A DNA stretch of 64,000 nt from an uncultured Spirochaetota bacterium (GTDB lineage: Bacteria; Spirochaetota; Spirochaetia; SZUA-6; Fen-1364), in NCBI GenBank assembly GCA_963733835.1, contig CAVTER010000010.1, forward strand, positions 36,404-100,403, read 5' to 3'. The notes below the pieces were generated by a model, which searched no databases, was not told where the DNA came from, and saw only the letters and a program-made list of their open reading frames with translations. The position numbers were made by a program, and so were the translations under genes. Positions 33,213-41,761 of the stretch are shown one piece after another. The first letter of the stretch is position 1. Each line of letters opens with the position of its first letter.

Positions 33213-34136
33213 CTACCGGCGGCCGGCTCTCGGATTCGCATGGCCGACGCCCGCCAGCTCCGACAGGCTGAAGTCCACCCAGAACAGGCCGCACTCCTGC
33301 GAGGCCTGCCCCGCGAGCTCCCTGCCCATCGCGATCGGCGGCTGGTCAAGGTCTTCCCACCAGGGTCGGTCGCTCTCGTACCCGTACTGGAAGAAGACGC
33401 GGTTCGGGTTGAAGGCGTCTGCCCACTCCCGCATGTCGTCGAGGAACGCCTGCATGGCTGGGTACCCCTGGCCGTCATCCACGAAGATTATCCGTCCCCT
33501 GTACGACGGCGGCATGAAGGAGATGTCCCAGTGCTTGAGGAACAGATCATACCCCGGGTCGTGGGACTGGACCCGGCTCTCCCAGGAGGATGCCGCGGCA
33601 TCATCGACGGGGGTTCCCTCCCCACCCTCGGTCACGTTCCCGTACCACTCCACGTCCACGCCGAACCCGATCACGCAGGGGTGGTGTGCGTACCTCTCCA
33701 GGACCAGGTCGATGAGGGTGGGAACGTCTGCGAAGCCAGGCTCGACCTGGAGGAAGACGCTCACGCCGTGCACGTCAAACCAGTCCAGGTACTCTTCGTG
33801 GAGGTCCTCGGCGGAGAAGCTGACCTGCGGGTATGGTCCGCCGGCAGAAGGGAACTCGAGCTGTATCCCGTTGTTCAATTCGTCGATCGTGCCGACGATC
33901 CAGAGGGCGGTGGAAGTCGAGCCGGGAAACGCGTCGGACATCACGCGTATGTATGCCTCCCAGGCTGCGGGATCGGGGAAGGGATCCACACCATAGCTGG
34001 ACGATCGGACGCCGGCGAACCCCACATCTCCGGTGGGTCCCCTCGGGCAGCAGCCCGCGACAAGCACGAGAAGGGATGCCATCCCGGCAAGACATGCGAT
34101 CCTGCGGGAATGAAGAACCCTGGGCGTCTGAAACAT
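33213..34136 (-). CDS. Hypothetical lipoprotein, possible glycoside-hydrolase-like barrel
   Basis: Lipobox VAGC; LQVEPG, VIGFGVDVEWY, LKHW, FQYGY. Confidence 0.7.
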   Translation of the reverse strand: MFQTPRVLHSRRIACLAGMASLLVLVAGCCPRGPTGDVGFAGVRSSSYGVDPFPDPAAWEAYIRVMSDAFPGSTSTALWIVGTIDELNNGIQLEFPSAGGPYPQVSFSAEDLHEEYLDWFDVHGVSVFLQVEPGFADVPTLIDLVLERYAHHPCVIGFGVDVEWYGNVTEGGEGTPVDDAAASSWESRVQSHDPGYDLFLKHWDISFMPPSYRGRIIFVDDGQGYPAMQAFLDDMREWADAFNPNRVFFQYGYESDRPWWEDLDQPPIAMGRELAGQASQECGLFWVDFSLSELAGVGHANPRAGRR

Positions 34137-34250
34137 CCTGGTCTCCTGGCGTCATCGGAATATTGACACCTCATGCCTCACTCCCGCAAGTCGGCTTCCC
34201 GGGCCGTTCCGCGGCCTCGCGGACCTGCGGCGCCGCCCGCGCCCCCGGTC

Positions 34251-34315
34251 TTGACGCATTCTTGACCCCGGCGCCGTCAGGTTTGACCCCATTTTGATTT
34301 CCTGATCAGTAGAAT
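34251..34315 (+). promoter_or_regulatory. OmpR/KdpE-type direct-repeat array plus -10 box
   Basis: TTGAC at 34251, 34262, 34283 and TTGAT at 34294 (spacings 11, 21, 11), then TAGAAT at 34310-34315. Confidence 0.65.
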
Positions 34316-34370
34316 CTCTCCATGGTCGTGGCGAGCGCCCGGCGGCGGCGCGGGCGGGAAGGACTGTGAC

Positions 34371-34910
34371 ATGAAGCTGATGACCTACATGAGCAACCAG
34401 GATGCGTGGGTGGCGTTTCCGAGCGTCCTGCAGGGGCTGCGGCTGTCCAGGGCATCCGCCAGCGAAGTGCTCCTGTTCAGCGAGGATCCCGTTGCCGACC
34501 TTGGCGATGTCACGGCATTTGCGGCCGTGTTCAAGGTGGCAGGCGGGGGGATGGACCGGCTGTGCATCGCCAGCCCGTACCCGTCGCCGGGATGGATCGG
34601 CTGTCTGCGTGCCCAGGGAATCCGCAGGGTGTTCTTCGGCCAGGAGTGTCCCGAGTCCGACACCTGCAGGCTGAGCCGTGCCAGCCTCATCGAGGTTCCC
34701 CGTGAGCTGTGCCCGGCCCTGCACGTGAAGAGCTTCGATGGACGCGCGGCCAGCGTCTGCGGCTGCAGGTACGACCTGCTGCTCCTCGGCCGCCGCCAGT
34801 TCACCGAGCAGTGTTTTTCGCGGTGGGCCGCCTGCCGCTGGATGGTGGGGGCGGGCGGAGCCTCCGCAGTCAACCCGCGAGAGGAGTCGTCATGCACATC
34901 ATCATTGTAG
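34371..34910 (+). CDS. Hypothetical Cys-rich protein, first gene of the K+ transport operon
   Basis: 179-aa ORF overlapping the trkA start; C-terminal CPALH..CGC..C..C. Confidence 0.65.
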   Translation: MKLMTYMSNQDAWVAFPSVLQGLRLSRASASEVLLFSEDPVADLGDVTAFAAVFKVAGGGMDRLCIASPYPSPGWIGCLRAQGIRRVFFGQECPESDTCRLSRASLIEVPRELCPALHVKSFDGRAASVCGCRYDLLLLGRRQFTEQCFSRWAACRWMVGAGGASAVNPREESSCTSSL

Positions 34911-35323
34911 GGTGCGGGAGGGTCGGCTCCGCCCTTGCGGATGCGAGCGCCCGCGGCGGCCACGACGTTGTCGTCATCGACACGGATCCCGAGGTCTTCA
35001 GGAAGCTGGGGGCGGGATTCAACGGGGTCACCATGCGGGGCACGGGCTGCGAGCAGGAACAGCTGCGCCAGGCCGGTATCCAGAGATGCGACGCTTTCGT
35101 CGCGGCGACCGATTCTGACAGCGTCAACATGATGGCGGCCGAGATCGCACAGCAGGTCTTCGGGGTTCCCCGCGTCGTTGTCCGGCTGTACGAGCCGGAG
35201 CACGAGAAGTCGATGCAGGTGCTGGGGCTGCAGTACGTCAACGATGCGGCCCTTTCCGTGCAGGCCATCCTCGATGCCCTGGGCCCTGCCGGCCATGCTG
35301 ACAGCCGCAAAGAGAGCGCCTGA
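34892..35323 (+). CDS. trkA: TrkA/KtrA family RCK_N-only subunit
   Basis: IIVGCGRVG, AATDSDSVN; no RCK_C domain. Confidence 0.85.
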   Translation: MHIIIVGCGRVGSALADASARGGHDVVVIDTDPEVFRKLGAGFNGVTMRGTGCEQEQLRQAGIQRCDAFVAATDSDSVNMMAAEIAQQVFGVPRVVVRLYEPEHEKSMQVLGLQYVNDAALSVQAILDALGPAGHADSRKESA

Positions 35324-36029
35324 CGTGTTCGTGGCGATCAACGGGGGCGGAGAGGTCGGATCGTTCCTCGCGAGGGCCCTGCAGGGAAAGGGGCACAGCG
35401 TCAGCGTCATTGACAGCAGGCCCGGGGTCATCACCAGGCTCACCGAGGAGCTGTCCACCCGGGTGCTCCTCGTCGAAGGGGACGGCTGCGACGTGCGCAC
35501 GCTCGAGGACGCGGGAGTCGACCGGGCCGACGTGTTCGCCTCGGTGACAGTGCGCGACGAAGACAATCTCGTCTCCTGCCAGCTCGCGCGGCAGCGATTT
35601 GCAGTGGAGAGGGTCGTCGCGAGGGTCAACAGTCCACGAAACGAGGAGACCTTCCACGCGCTGGGCATCGAGGCCATCTCCTCCACCACCGTCATCGGCC
35701 AGCTCATCGAGGAGCAGCTGACAGTGGGAGACATCATCCGTCTGTACACTCTGCAGAAGGGGCGACTGGGCCTGCTGGAGGTGGACGTCCCGCCGGGTGC
35801 GCCGGCCACCGATGGCCGCACGGTGGCGGAGCTGAAGCTCCCCGACGACATTGTCCTGGTCTCCGTGCTTCGCGGCGGCCAGCTCCTGATTCCCCGCGGC
35901 AGGACGGTCCTGCAGGCAGGAGACCGGGTCGTGGCAGTGACCCGGATGGGCAGGGAGGCGGAGCTCGCGCGGCACCTGCGGGGAAACGGCGCGCGACACG
36001 GCCTCGCCGGTGCGGGAGCCCGTCCATGA
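35295..36029 (+). CDS. trkA: TrkA/KtrA family K+ uptake gating subunit (RCK_N + RCK_C)
   Basis: NGGGEVG, EGDGCD, DEDNLVSC, IPRGRTVLQAGD. Confidence 0.9.
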   Translation: MLTAAKRAPDVFVAINGGGEVGSFLARALQGKGHSVSVIDSRPGVITRLTEELSTRVLLVEGDGCDVRTLEDAGVDRADVFASVTVRDEDNLVSCQLARQRFAVERVVARVNSPRNEETFHALGIEAISSTTVIGQLIEEQLTVGDIIRLYTLQKGRLGLLEVDVPPGAPATDGRTVAELKLPDDIVLVSVLRGGQLLIPRGRTVLQAGDRVVAVTRMGREAELARHLRGNGARHGLAGAGARP

Positions 36030-36175
36030 GCAACGGTGGCGACTACCTCAGCCTGGGCAACCGGCGCGCTGTCATCTCGTTCCTCGCCGGGATCGCGGTG
36101 GAAACGCTCTATTCCCTTGCGCTCGTGGGAATCGGTGCCCTGGTCGTGCTCGTGTTCTGGCTGTTTTCGCGGTAG
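36026..36175 (+). CDS. 49-aa membrane protein, absent from the ORF track
   Basis: ATGA overlap with the trkA stop; MSNGGDYLSLGNRRAVISFLAGIAVETLYSLALVGIGALVVLVFWLFSR*; ends just before the trkH RBS. Confidence 0.7.
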   Translation: MSNGGDYLSLGNRRAVISFLAGIAVETLYSLALVGIGALVVLVFWLFSR

Positions 36176-36192
36176 GGAGAGGAGCGACGGGA

Positions 36193-37695
36193 ATGCTCCT
36201 GCGACCACGCGCTGACGATCTGAAGATCATCGGCCTGTACACGGGCCGGATCATCCTCGGGGTCGGCATGCTGATGGCGATCCCCCTGGCAACGGCGCTC
36301 ATCGCGGCGGAGTGGAGCGCGGCCGTGGATTTCCTCATCGGCATGTGCGCGTGCCTCGCACTCGGGCTTGCGACCGGGCTCGCGTGCAGGACCTCGCGCC
36401 AGCCCACGTGGACCCACGGCCTCGTGGTGTCGGCTTTCTCGTGGCTCGCTGCCACCGTGGTCGGATCGATCCCTCACTGGCTGTCGGGTCATTTCGGCTC
36501 GTACCTCGATGCCATGTTCGACGTCATGAGCGGGTACACGACGACAGGGCTGATCCTGATCCAGGACCTCGATCATGTGTCTCACAGCTTCAACATGTGG
36601 CGCCACCTGCTCACCTATGCCGGCGGCCAGGGCATCGTCGTCATCGCGCTGACGTTCCTCGTGGGAAACGCGCGGGGCGCATACCCCTTGTACGTGGGCG
36701 AGGGCAAGGATGAGCGGCTCCTGCCCAACGTCATCCGGACTGCCCGTGCGATCTGGCTGGTCTCGCTTGTCTACCTGGCCGTGAGCACGCTTGTGCTGTG
36801 GGTCATCGCGACCGCGGGAGGCCAGTCGGTGACCCGCGGATTCCTCCACGCCCTGTGGATCTCGATGTCCGGCTGGTCCACGGGCGGGTTTGCTCCCCAG
36901 TCGGCGAGCACGTACTACTACCACTCCCTTGCATTCGAGATCGCAACGGTGGTCATCTTCGTCGCCGGGTCCATGAACTTCGCGCTGCACTGGGCCATCT
37001 GGACGGGCGAGCGCGGGGAGATCCGCCGCAACATCGAGGCCGTCTCACTGGCGATCACGATGACGGTCGCAATGCTGGTCACAACGGCCGGCCTGATGCG
37101 GCTGGGTGTCTACCCGGGATTGCTCGCCGGCCTGCGCAAGATTGTCTATCAAGTCGTGAGCGGGCACACGACAACCGGTTACATGACCATCTTCGCGCGG
37201 AGCCTTGTCCGCCAGTGGGGGCCGGTGGCGATGCTGGGCATCACGATGGCAATGGCCGTCGGGGCGAGCGCCTGTTCCACTGCCGGGGGATTCAAGGGAA
37301 TCCGGGTGGGGCTCGCCTTCAAGGGCCTGCTGCTCAGCGTGCGGCGGACGCTCGCGCCAGAACACGCCCGGGTGACCGTCAAGTGGCACCACCTGCGCAC
37401 GCGCGTGCTCGACGAGGGAGCCGTCTCCTCGGCGATGCTGATCATCCTCTGCTACATCGGGCTGTACGCGGTCGGGACCCTCGTCGGCGTGCTGTACGGG
37501 TACCCCGTGGTCGACGCGCTCTTCGACGCAGTCTCGGCAGGATCCAACTCCGGCCTCTCCTGCGGCATCACCGGCCCCGCCATGCCCGCCGTGATGAAGG
37601 TCGTCTACATCCTCGAGATGTGGGCGGGGCGGCTCGAGTTCACGAGCGTCTTCGCGCTGGTCGGCGCCTGCGTCGCCATCGCGAGGGGGCGCTGA
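36193..37695 (+). CDS. trkH: TrkH family K+ uptake membrane protein
   Basis: SGYTTTG, WSTGGF, HTTTGY, GASACSTAGG, SNSG, MWAGRLE. Confidence 0.93.
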   Translation: MLLRPRADDLKIIGLYTGRIILGVGMLMAIPLATALIAAEWSAAVDFLIGMCACLALGLATGLACRTSRQPTWTHGLVVSAFSWLAATVVGSIPHWLSGHFGSYLDAMFDVMSGYTTTGLILIQDLDHVSHSFNMWRHLLTYAGGQGIVVIALTFLVGNARGAYPLYVGEGKDERLLPNVIRTARAIWLVSLVYLAVSTLVLWVIATAGGQSVTRGFLHALWISMSGWSTGGFAPQSASTYYYHSLAFEIATVVIFVAGSMNFALHWAIWTGERGEIRRNIEAVSLAITMTVAMLVTTAGLMRLGVYPGLLAGLRKIVYQVVSGHTTTGYMTIFARSLVRQWGPVAMLGITMAMAVGASACSTAGGFKGIRVGLAFKGLLLSVRRTLAPEHARVTVKWHHLRTRVLDEGAVSSAMLIILCYIGLYAVGTLVGVLYGYPVVDALFDAVSAGSNSGLSCGITGPAMPAVMKVVYILEMWAGRLEFTSVFALVGACVAIARGR

Positions 37696-37700
37696 ACGCC

Positions 37701-38243
37701 GTGCGCAGGATGCCCGCCATCGTGCTTCTGCTCGCCGTTTCGCTTGGTGCCCGGGCCGAGGTCACGGCCAGCTCGTCGCCGGGAAGCGCAGCCCTGGTCG
37801 AGGATGCCGCGCAGTGGGACGGCGCGACGGTCAGTTTCACGGGCGAGGCGATCGGGGAGGCCATGCGGAGGGGGACGATGGCGTGGATCCACCTCAACGA
37901 TGACCCCTATGGTCTGTCGGCCACGGGGACGCTCGCGGGGCTCAACAGCGGGATCGGCGTGTGGGTGGATGCCCGGCTGGCATCGCGCATCTCGACCTTC
38001 GGCGACTACAGGCACCATGGCGACGTGGTGCGGATCGCGGGAACCTTCCACGCCGCCTGCTCCCAGCACGGCGGGGACCTCGACATCCACGCGTCAGCTC
38101 TTTCCATCGTATCTGCAGGGTATCGCACCGTGCACCCCGTGGCGTCCGGCCGGGTGCTGGCGGCCGCGATCATGGCAGCGGTGACGGCAGCCCTCTTCCT
38201 CGCACGGGTGATGCTGCGCCGGCGGGCACGGCTCGGCCGGTGA
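37701..38243 (+). CDS. Exported OB-fold-like protein with C-terminal TM anchor
   Basis: Signal peptide, WDGATVSFTGEAIG, GTFHAACSQHGGDLDIH, C-terminal hydrophobic helix. Confidence 0.7.
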   Translation: MRRMPAIVLLLAVSLGARAEVTASSSPGSAALVEDAAQWDGATVSFTGEAIGEAMRRGTMAWIHLNDDPYGLSATGTLAGLNSGIGVWVDARLASRISTFGDYRHHGDVVRIAGTFHAACSQHGGDLDIHASALSIVSAGYRTVHPVASGRVLAAAIMAAVTAALFLARVMLRRRARLGR

Positions 38244-38292
38244 ATGCGATGCGGCTGTCGCGGGGGGACGAGAGGCATGGTATAGTCGGGGC

Positions 38293-40920
38293 GTGGCAGG
38301 CGTGGCACTGAGACTCTTCCTCGGGTATGCCCCCGGCGTGGGCAAGACCAGTGCGCTGCTGGAGAGCGGCCGGCGCCTTCGCGAGGCGGGGGTGGATGTG
38401 GTCGCGGGCTTCGTGGACACGCGGGGCAGGGCCCGCGTGTCCCAGCTTCTCGAGGGCATCGAGATTCTCGGGCCGGGAAGCGTCGCAAACAGGGGTGTCG
38501 CGCGGGTCGGCCTGGATGTCGACGGCGCGCGGGCGCGCCGCCCCCGGGTGCTGCTCCTCGACGACATCGAGCGGGGCAATCCTCCGGGAAGCCGCCACGC
38601 CCGATCCTGGCAGGACATCGCGGAGCTGCTCGACGCCGGCATCACGGTGCATGCCACCCTCGATGTCTTCCGCCTGGAGAGCCTCGCCGACGCCGTGCAC
38701 CACATCTGCGGTCTTCGCGTCGAGGACACGGTTCCCGACCTTGTTCTCGAGCGGGCGGACGAGATCGTGCTCGTGGACGTCCCGCCCGCGGAGCTCGCCT
38801 CCCGGTCGGCGACGGGCAGGACTCCCGCCGAGTCGGCCCTGCTCGAGCCGGGCACACTTCTCGCGCTGCGGGAGCTCGCTCTGCGGCACGCGGCCGAGCG
38901 CGTGGACGCGGATATCCGCTCCTTTCGCCGCGAGCACAGGATCAGCTCGTGGTGGCCCACTGCGGAGAGGATCATGGCCTGCATCGGGCCGAGCCCCTCA
39001 TCGGTCCGGGTCGTTCGCGCGGCACGACGCGCGGCCGAACAGCTGCACGCGCCATGGACAGCGGTCTGTGTCGGCGCTCCCGACGCCGTGCCCATGCGCG
39101 GGGCCGACCGCGACCGACTGCAGGCACACCTGCGGCTCGCCGAATCCCTCGGCGCCGAGGTTGTCCGGCTCACCGGACCGAAGGTCAGCGATGAGCTGCT
39201 GCGCTTCGCGCGGGAGCGGGGCGTGACCCACCTCGTGCTCGGGCGGCCGGCGCGCAGCCGGCTGCGCGTGATCCTGGGCGGCTCCCTCGTCGATGCGCTT
39301 GTCGCGGGCGCAACGGGCATCGAGATCCATGTCGTGGCAGGAGAGAAGGAGCCGCCCTTTCCCGGGCGGGCCCCGCGGCCGGTCCCGCGCGCGAAGGCGG
39401 CGGGGTTCGCGGTGGCGATCGCCCTCGTGGCGGCGGTCACGGTAGGGGCCGGGTTCGTGCGCGCGCACGTGCCCGATACCGAGATCGTCATGTCCTACCT
39501 GCTCGTGATCATGGTGGCTGCCGCATCCTTTGGCCTCGGACCCGCACTTGCCGCCGCCGGTCTCTCGGTGATCGCCTACGACGTGTTCTTCGTCCCTCCC
39601 CTCCTGCGGCTCACGGTCGCCGATGCGCGGCACCTGTTCACTTTCGCGATGATGTTCATCGTCGGCATCGTGATCAGCGGCCTCACCGGACGGCTGCGCC
39701 GCCAGGGACAGGACGCGCGTCTTCGCGAGCGGCGCACCGCGACCCTGTACGCCCTGGTGCGGGAGCTCTCGTCCTGCACGACGTGCGACGAGGCCGCCGC
39801 CGTCGCCGCCCGGCAGGCGGCACAGGCCGTGTCCGGCGACGCCGCGGTTTTCCTGCGCGACTCCGACGGCACCCTCCGGGTGGCAGGGCTGAGCGAACCG
39901 GGCACGCGGCTCTCGCCCGCGGAGACGGCGGTTGCGCGGTGGGCGGGGCAGAACGGGCGGGCCGCCGGGATCGGAACCGACACCCATGCCGACGCCGCGG
40001 TCGTCTGCCTGCCCGTCGCCGCGGGACAGGAGGTTCGCGGGGTCCTGGCTCTTCGACCGAAGTCCCGGGCGGCCTCGGACGTCGAGGAACAGGGCTTCCT
40101 CGAGGCCCTGGCCCGGCAGACCGCGCTCACGATCGAGCGGATACGCCTCGGTGAGGAGGCGCGGGCGGCTGCCCTGCGCGTCCGTGCCGAGGAGACCCGG
40201 ACCTCGCTTCTCAGCGCGGTGTCTCACGACCTGCGGACCCCGCTTGCCGCCATCACGGGGGCGGGCACCGCCCTGAGGCTGGAGGGTGAGCGGCTGGACG
40301 GCGAGCGCCGCGGCGAGCTCATCGACACGATCTGCGACGAGGCGGGGCGCATGGACCGCCTGATCGGAAACATCCTGGACATGGTGCGCCTCGAGGCGGG
40401 CAGCACCGCGGCGCGGCGGGAATGGATTCCCGTGGAGGAGGTCGTCGGGCCGGCTCTCGCCCGCATGGAGGACCTCCTGGTGGGGCGGGAGGTGACGGTC
40501 GACCTCCCCGAGGACCTGCCCCTCATCCTGGTGGATCCCGTTCTGTTCGAGCACCTGATGTTCAACCTCGTGGACAACGCGGTGAAGCACACCCCCGCGG
40601 GGATCCCCGTCGAGCTGCGGGCAGGCGTAGTCCAGGGATGGATCGAGATCGAGGTTGCCGACCGGGGGCCCGGCCTTCCACCGGGAGGCGAGGAGAAGGT
40701 GTTCGAGAAGTTCTACAGGGGTCCGTCGGCGCGCGGGCCCGGCATGGGGCTCGGACTCGCAATCAGCCGCAGCATCGCACAGATCCACGACGGGACCCTC
40801 ACGGCGGAAAACCGGGCAGGTGGGGGTGCCGTGTTCAGGGTCCGGCTTCCTGTCGCGAGTCCTCCTTCCCAGGACGCCCTGCTCGGGGGCGAGCCTCCCG
40901 TGCAGGGGGAGAAGGCGTGA
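38293..40920 (+). CDS. kdpD: Sensor histidine kinase KdpD
   Basis: LFLGYAPGVGKT, SWQDIAELLDAGI, Usp domain, 4 TM with FFVPP, GAF, SHDLRTPL. Confidence 0.93.
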   Translation: MAGVALRLFLGYAPGVGKTSALLESGRRLREAGVDVVAGFVDTRGRARVSQLLEGIEILGPGSVANRGVARVGLDVDGARARRPRVLLLDDIERGNPPGSRHARSWQDIAELLDAGITVHATLDVFRLESLADAVHHICGLRVEDTVPDLVLERADEIVLVDVPPAELASRSATGRTPAESALLEPGTLLALRELALRHAAERVDADIRSFRREHRISSWWPTAERIMACIGPSPSSVRVVRAARRAAEQLHAPWTAVCVGAPDAVPMRGADRDRLQAHLRLAESLGAEVVRLTGPKVSDELLRFARERGVTHLVLGRPARSRLRVILGGSLVDALVAGATGIEIHVVAGEKEPPFPGRAPRPVPRAKAAGFAVAIALVAAVTVGAGFVRAHVPDTEIVMSYLLVIMVAAASFGLGPALAAAGLSVIAYDVFFVPPLLRLTVADARHLFTFAMMFIVGIVISGLTGRLRRQGQDARLRERRTATLYALVRELSSCTTCDEAAAVAARQAAQAVSGDAAVFLRDSDGTLRVAGLSEPGTRLSPAETAVARWAGQNGRAAGIGTDTHADAAVVCLPVAAGQEVRGVLALRPKSRAASDVEEQGFLEALARQTALTIERIRLGEEARAAALRVRAEETRTSLLSAVSHDLRTPLAAITGAGTALRLEGERLDGERRGELIDTICDEAGRMDRLIGNILDMVRLEAGSTAARREWIPVEEVVGPALARMEDLLVGREVTVDLPEDLPLILVDPVLFEHLMFNLVDNAVKHTPAGIPVELRAGVVQGWIEIEVADRGPGLPPGGEEKVFEKFYRGPSARGPGMGLGLAISRSIAQIHDGTLTAENRAGGGAVFRVRLPVASPPSQDALLGGEPPVQGEKA

Positions 40921-41615
40921 GCGAATCCGCCCCCCAGGTTCTCGTTGTCGAGGACGACAGGCAGATGCGGCGCTTCCTGCGCACCACCCTGACGGCCCTC
41001 GACTACCGGGTTCTCGAGGCAGAGACGGCTGCCGAGGGCATGGTCGCGGTCACGACGCACAACCCGGACGTGATCCTGATGGACCTGGGACTTCCCGACG
41101 GAGACGGCATCGACCTCACGCGACGGATCCGCGCGTGGAACAGGGTGCCGATCATCGTGCTCTCCGCGCGCGGGCGCGAGGAGGACAAGGTCGCGGCGCT
41201 GGACGAGGGGGCCGATGACTACCTGACCAAGCCGTTCGGGGTCAACGAGCTGCTCGCGCGCATCCGCGCCGCGCTGCGGCGCGCCGCGGCGGCCTCGGCC
41301 GGGGCCCCTCCTGCCCTGCTCGAGGTCGGCGAGCTTCGCATCGACCAGGGGCGGCGCGAGGTGACCATGGGCGGGAAGGACATCCGTCTCACCCCCATCG
41401 AGTACCGTCTGCTCGTCTTCCTCGCGGGCAGCGCGGGGAAAGTCCTGACCCATCGGCAGATCCTCGTGGAGGTGTGGGGGCCGCCCTATGCGAACGAAAC
41501 GCACAACCTGCGGGTCTTCATGGCAGCCCTCCGCCGCAAGGTGGAAGCGGACCCCGCGCGGCCGCGGCTGCTTCTGACCGAGCCCGGGGTCGGCTACCGG
41601 ATGAAAGACACCTGA
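40917..41615 (+). CDS. kdpE: Response regulator KdpE
   Basis: LVVEDD, MDLGLPDGDG, GKVLTHRQIL, LRVFM, TEPGVGYR. Confidence 0.93.
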   Translation: MSESAPQVLVVEDDRQMRRFLRTTLTALDYRVLEAETAAEGMVAVTTHNPDVILMDLGLPDGDGIDLTRRIRAWNRVPIIVLSARGREEDKVAALDEGADDYLTKPFGVNELLARIRAALRRAAAASAGAPPALLEVGELRIDQGRREVTMGGKDIRLTPIEYRLLVFLAGSAGKVLTHRQILVEVWGPPYANETHNLRVFMAALRRKVEADPARPRLLLTEPGVGYRMKDT

Positions 41616-41651
41616 GCTGCCGCGGCCCCAGCGGGGGCCGGGGGGCCGCAA

Positions 41652-41719
41652 AGTAGTCTGACAACTGCTTCGAAATGTAGAATAACCTTCTTGACAACCC
41701 ATACCAACGGGTCTACCCT
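41652..41719 (+). promoter_or_regulatory. GntR-type imperfect palindrome and sigma-70 promoter
   Basis: AGTAGTCTGACAACT (41652-41666); TTGACA(41691)-17-TACCCT(41714). Confidence 0.5.
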
Positions 41720-41761
41720 GACGGTCGACCGCGGTCGCGGAATCACGCATCGAAGCGAGGG

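Noticed and set aside
34140-34370. c-di-AMP (ydaO) riboswitch upstream of the K+ operon
   Set aside because: I could not find its conserved elements, and the leader after the -10 box is too short
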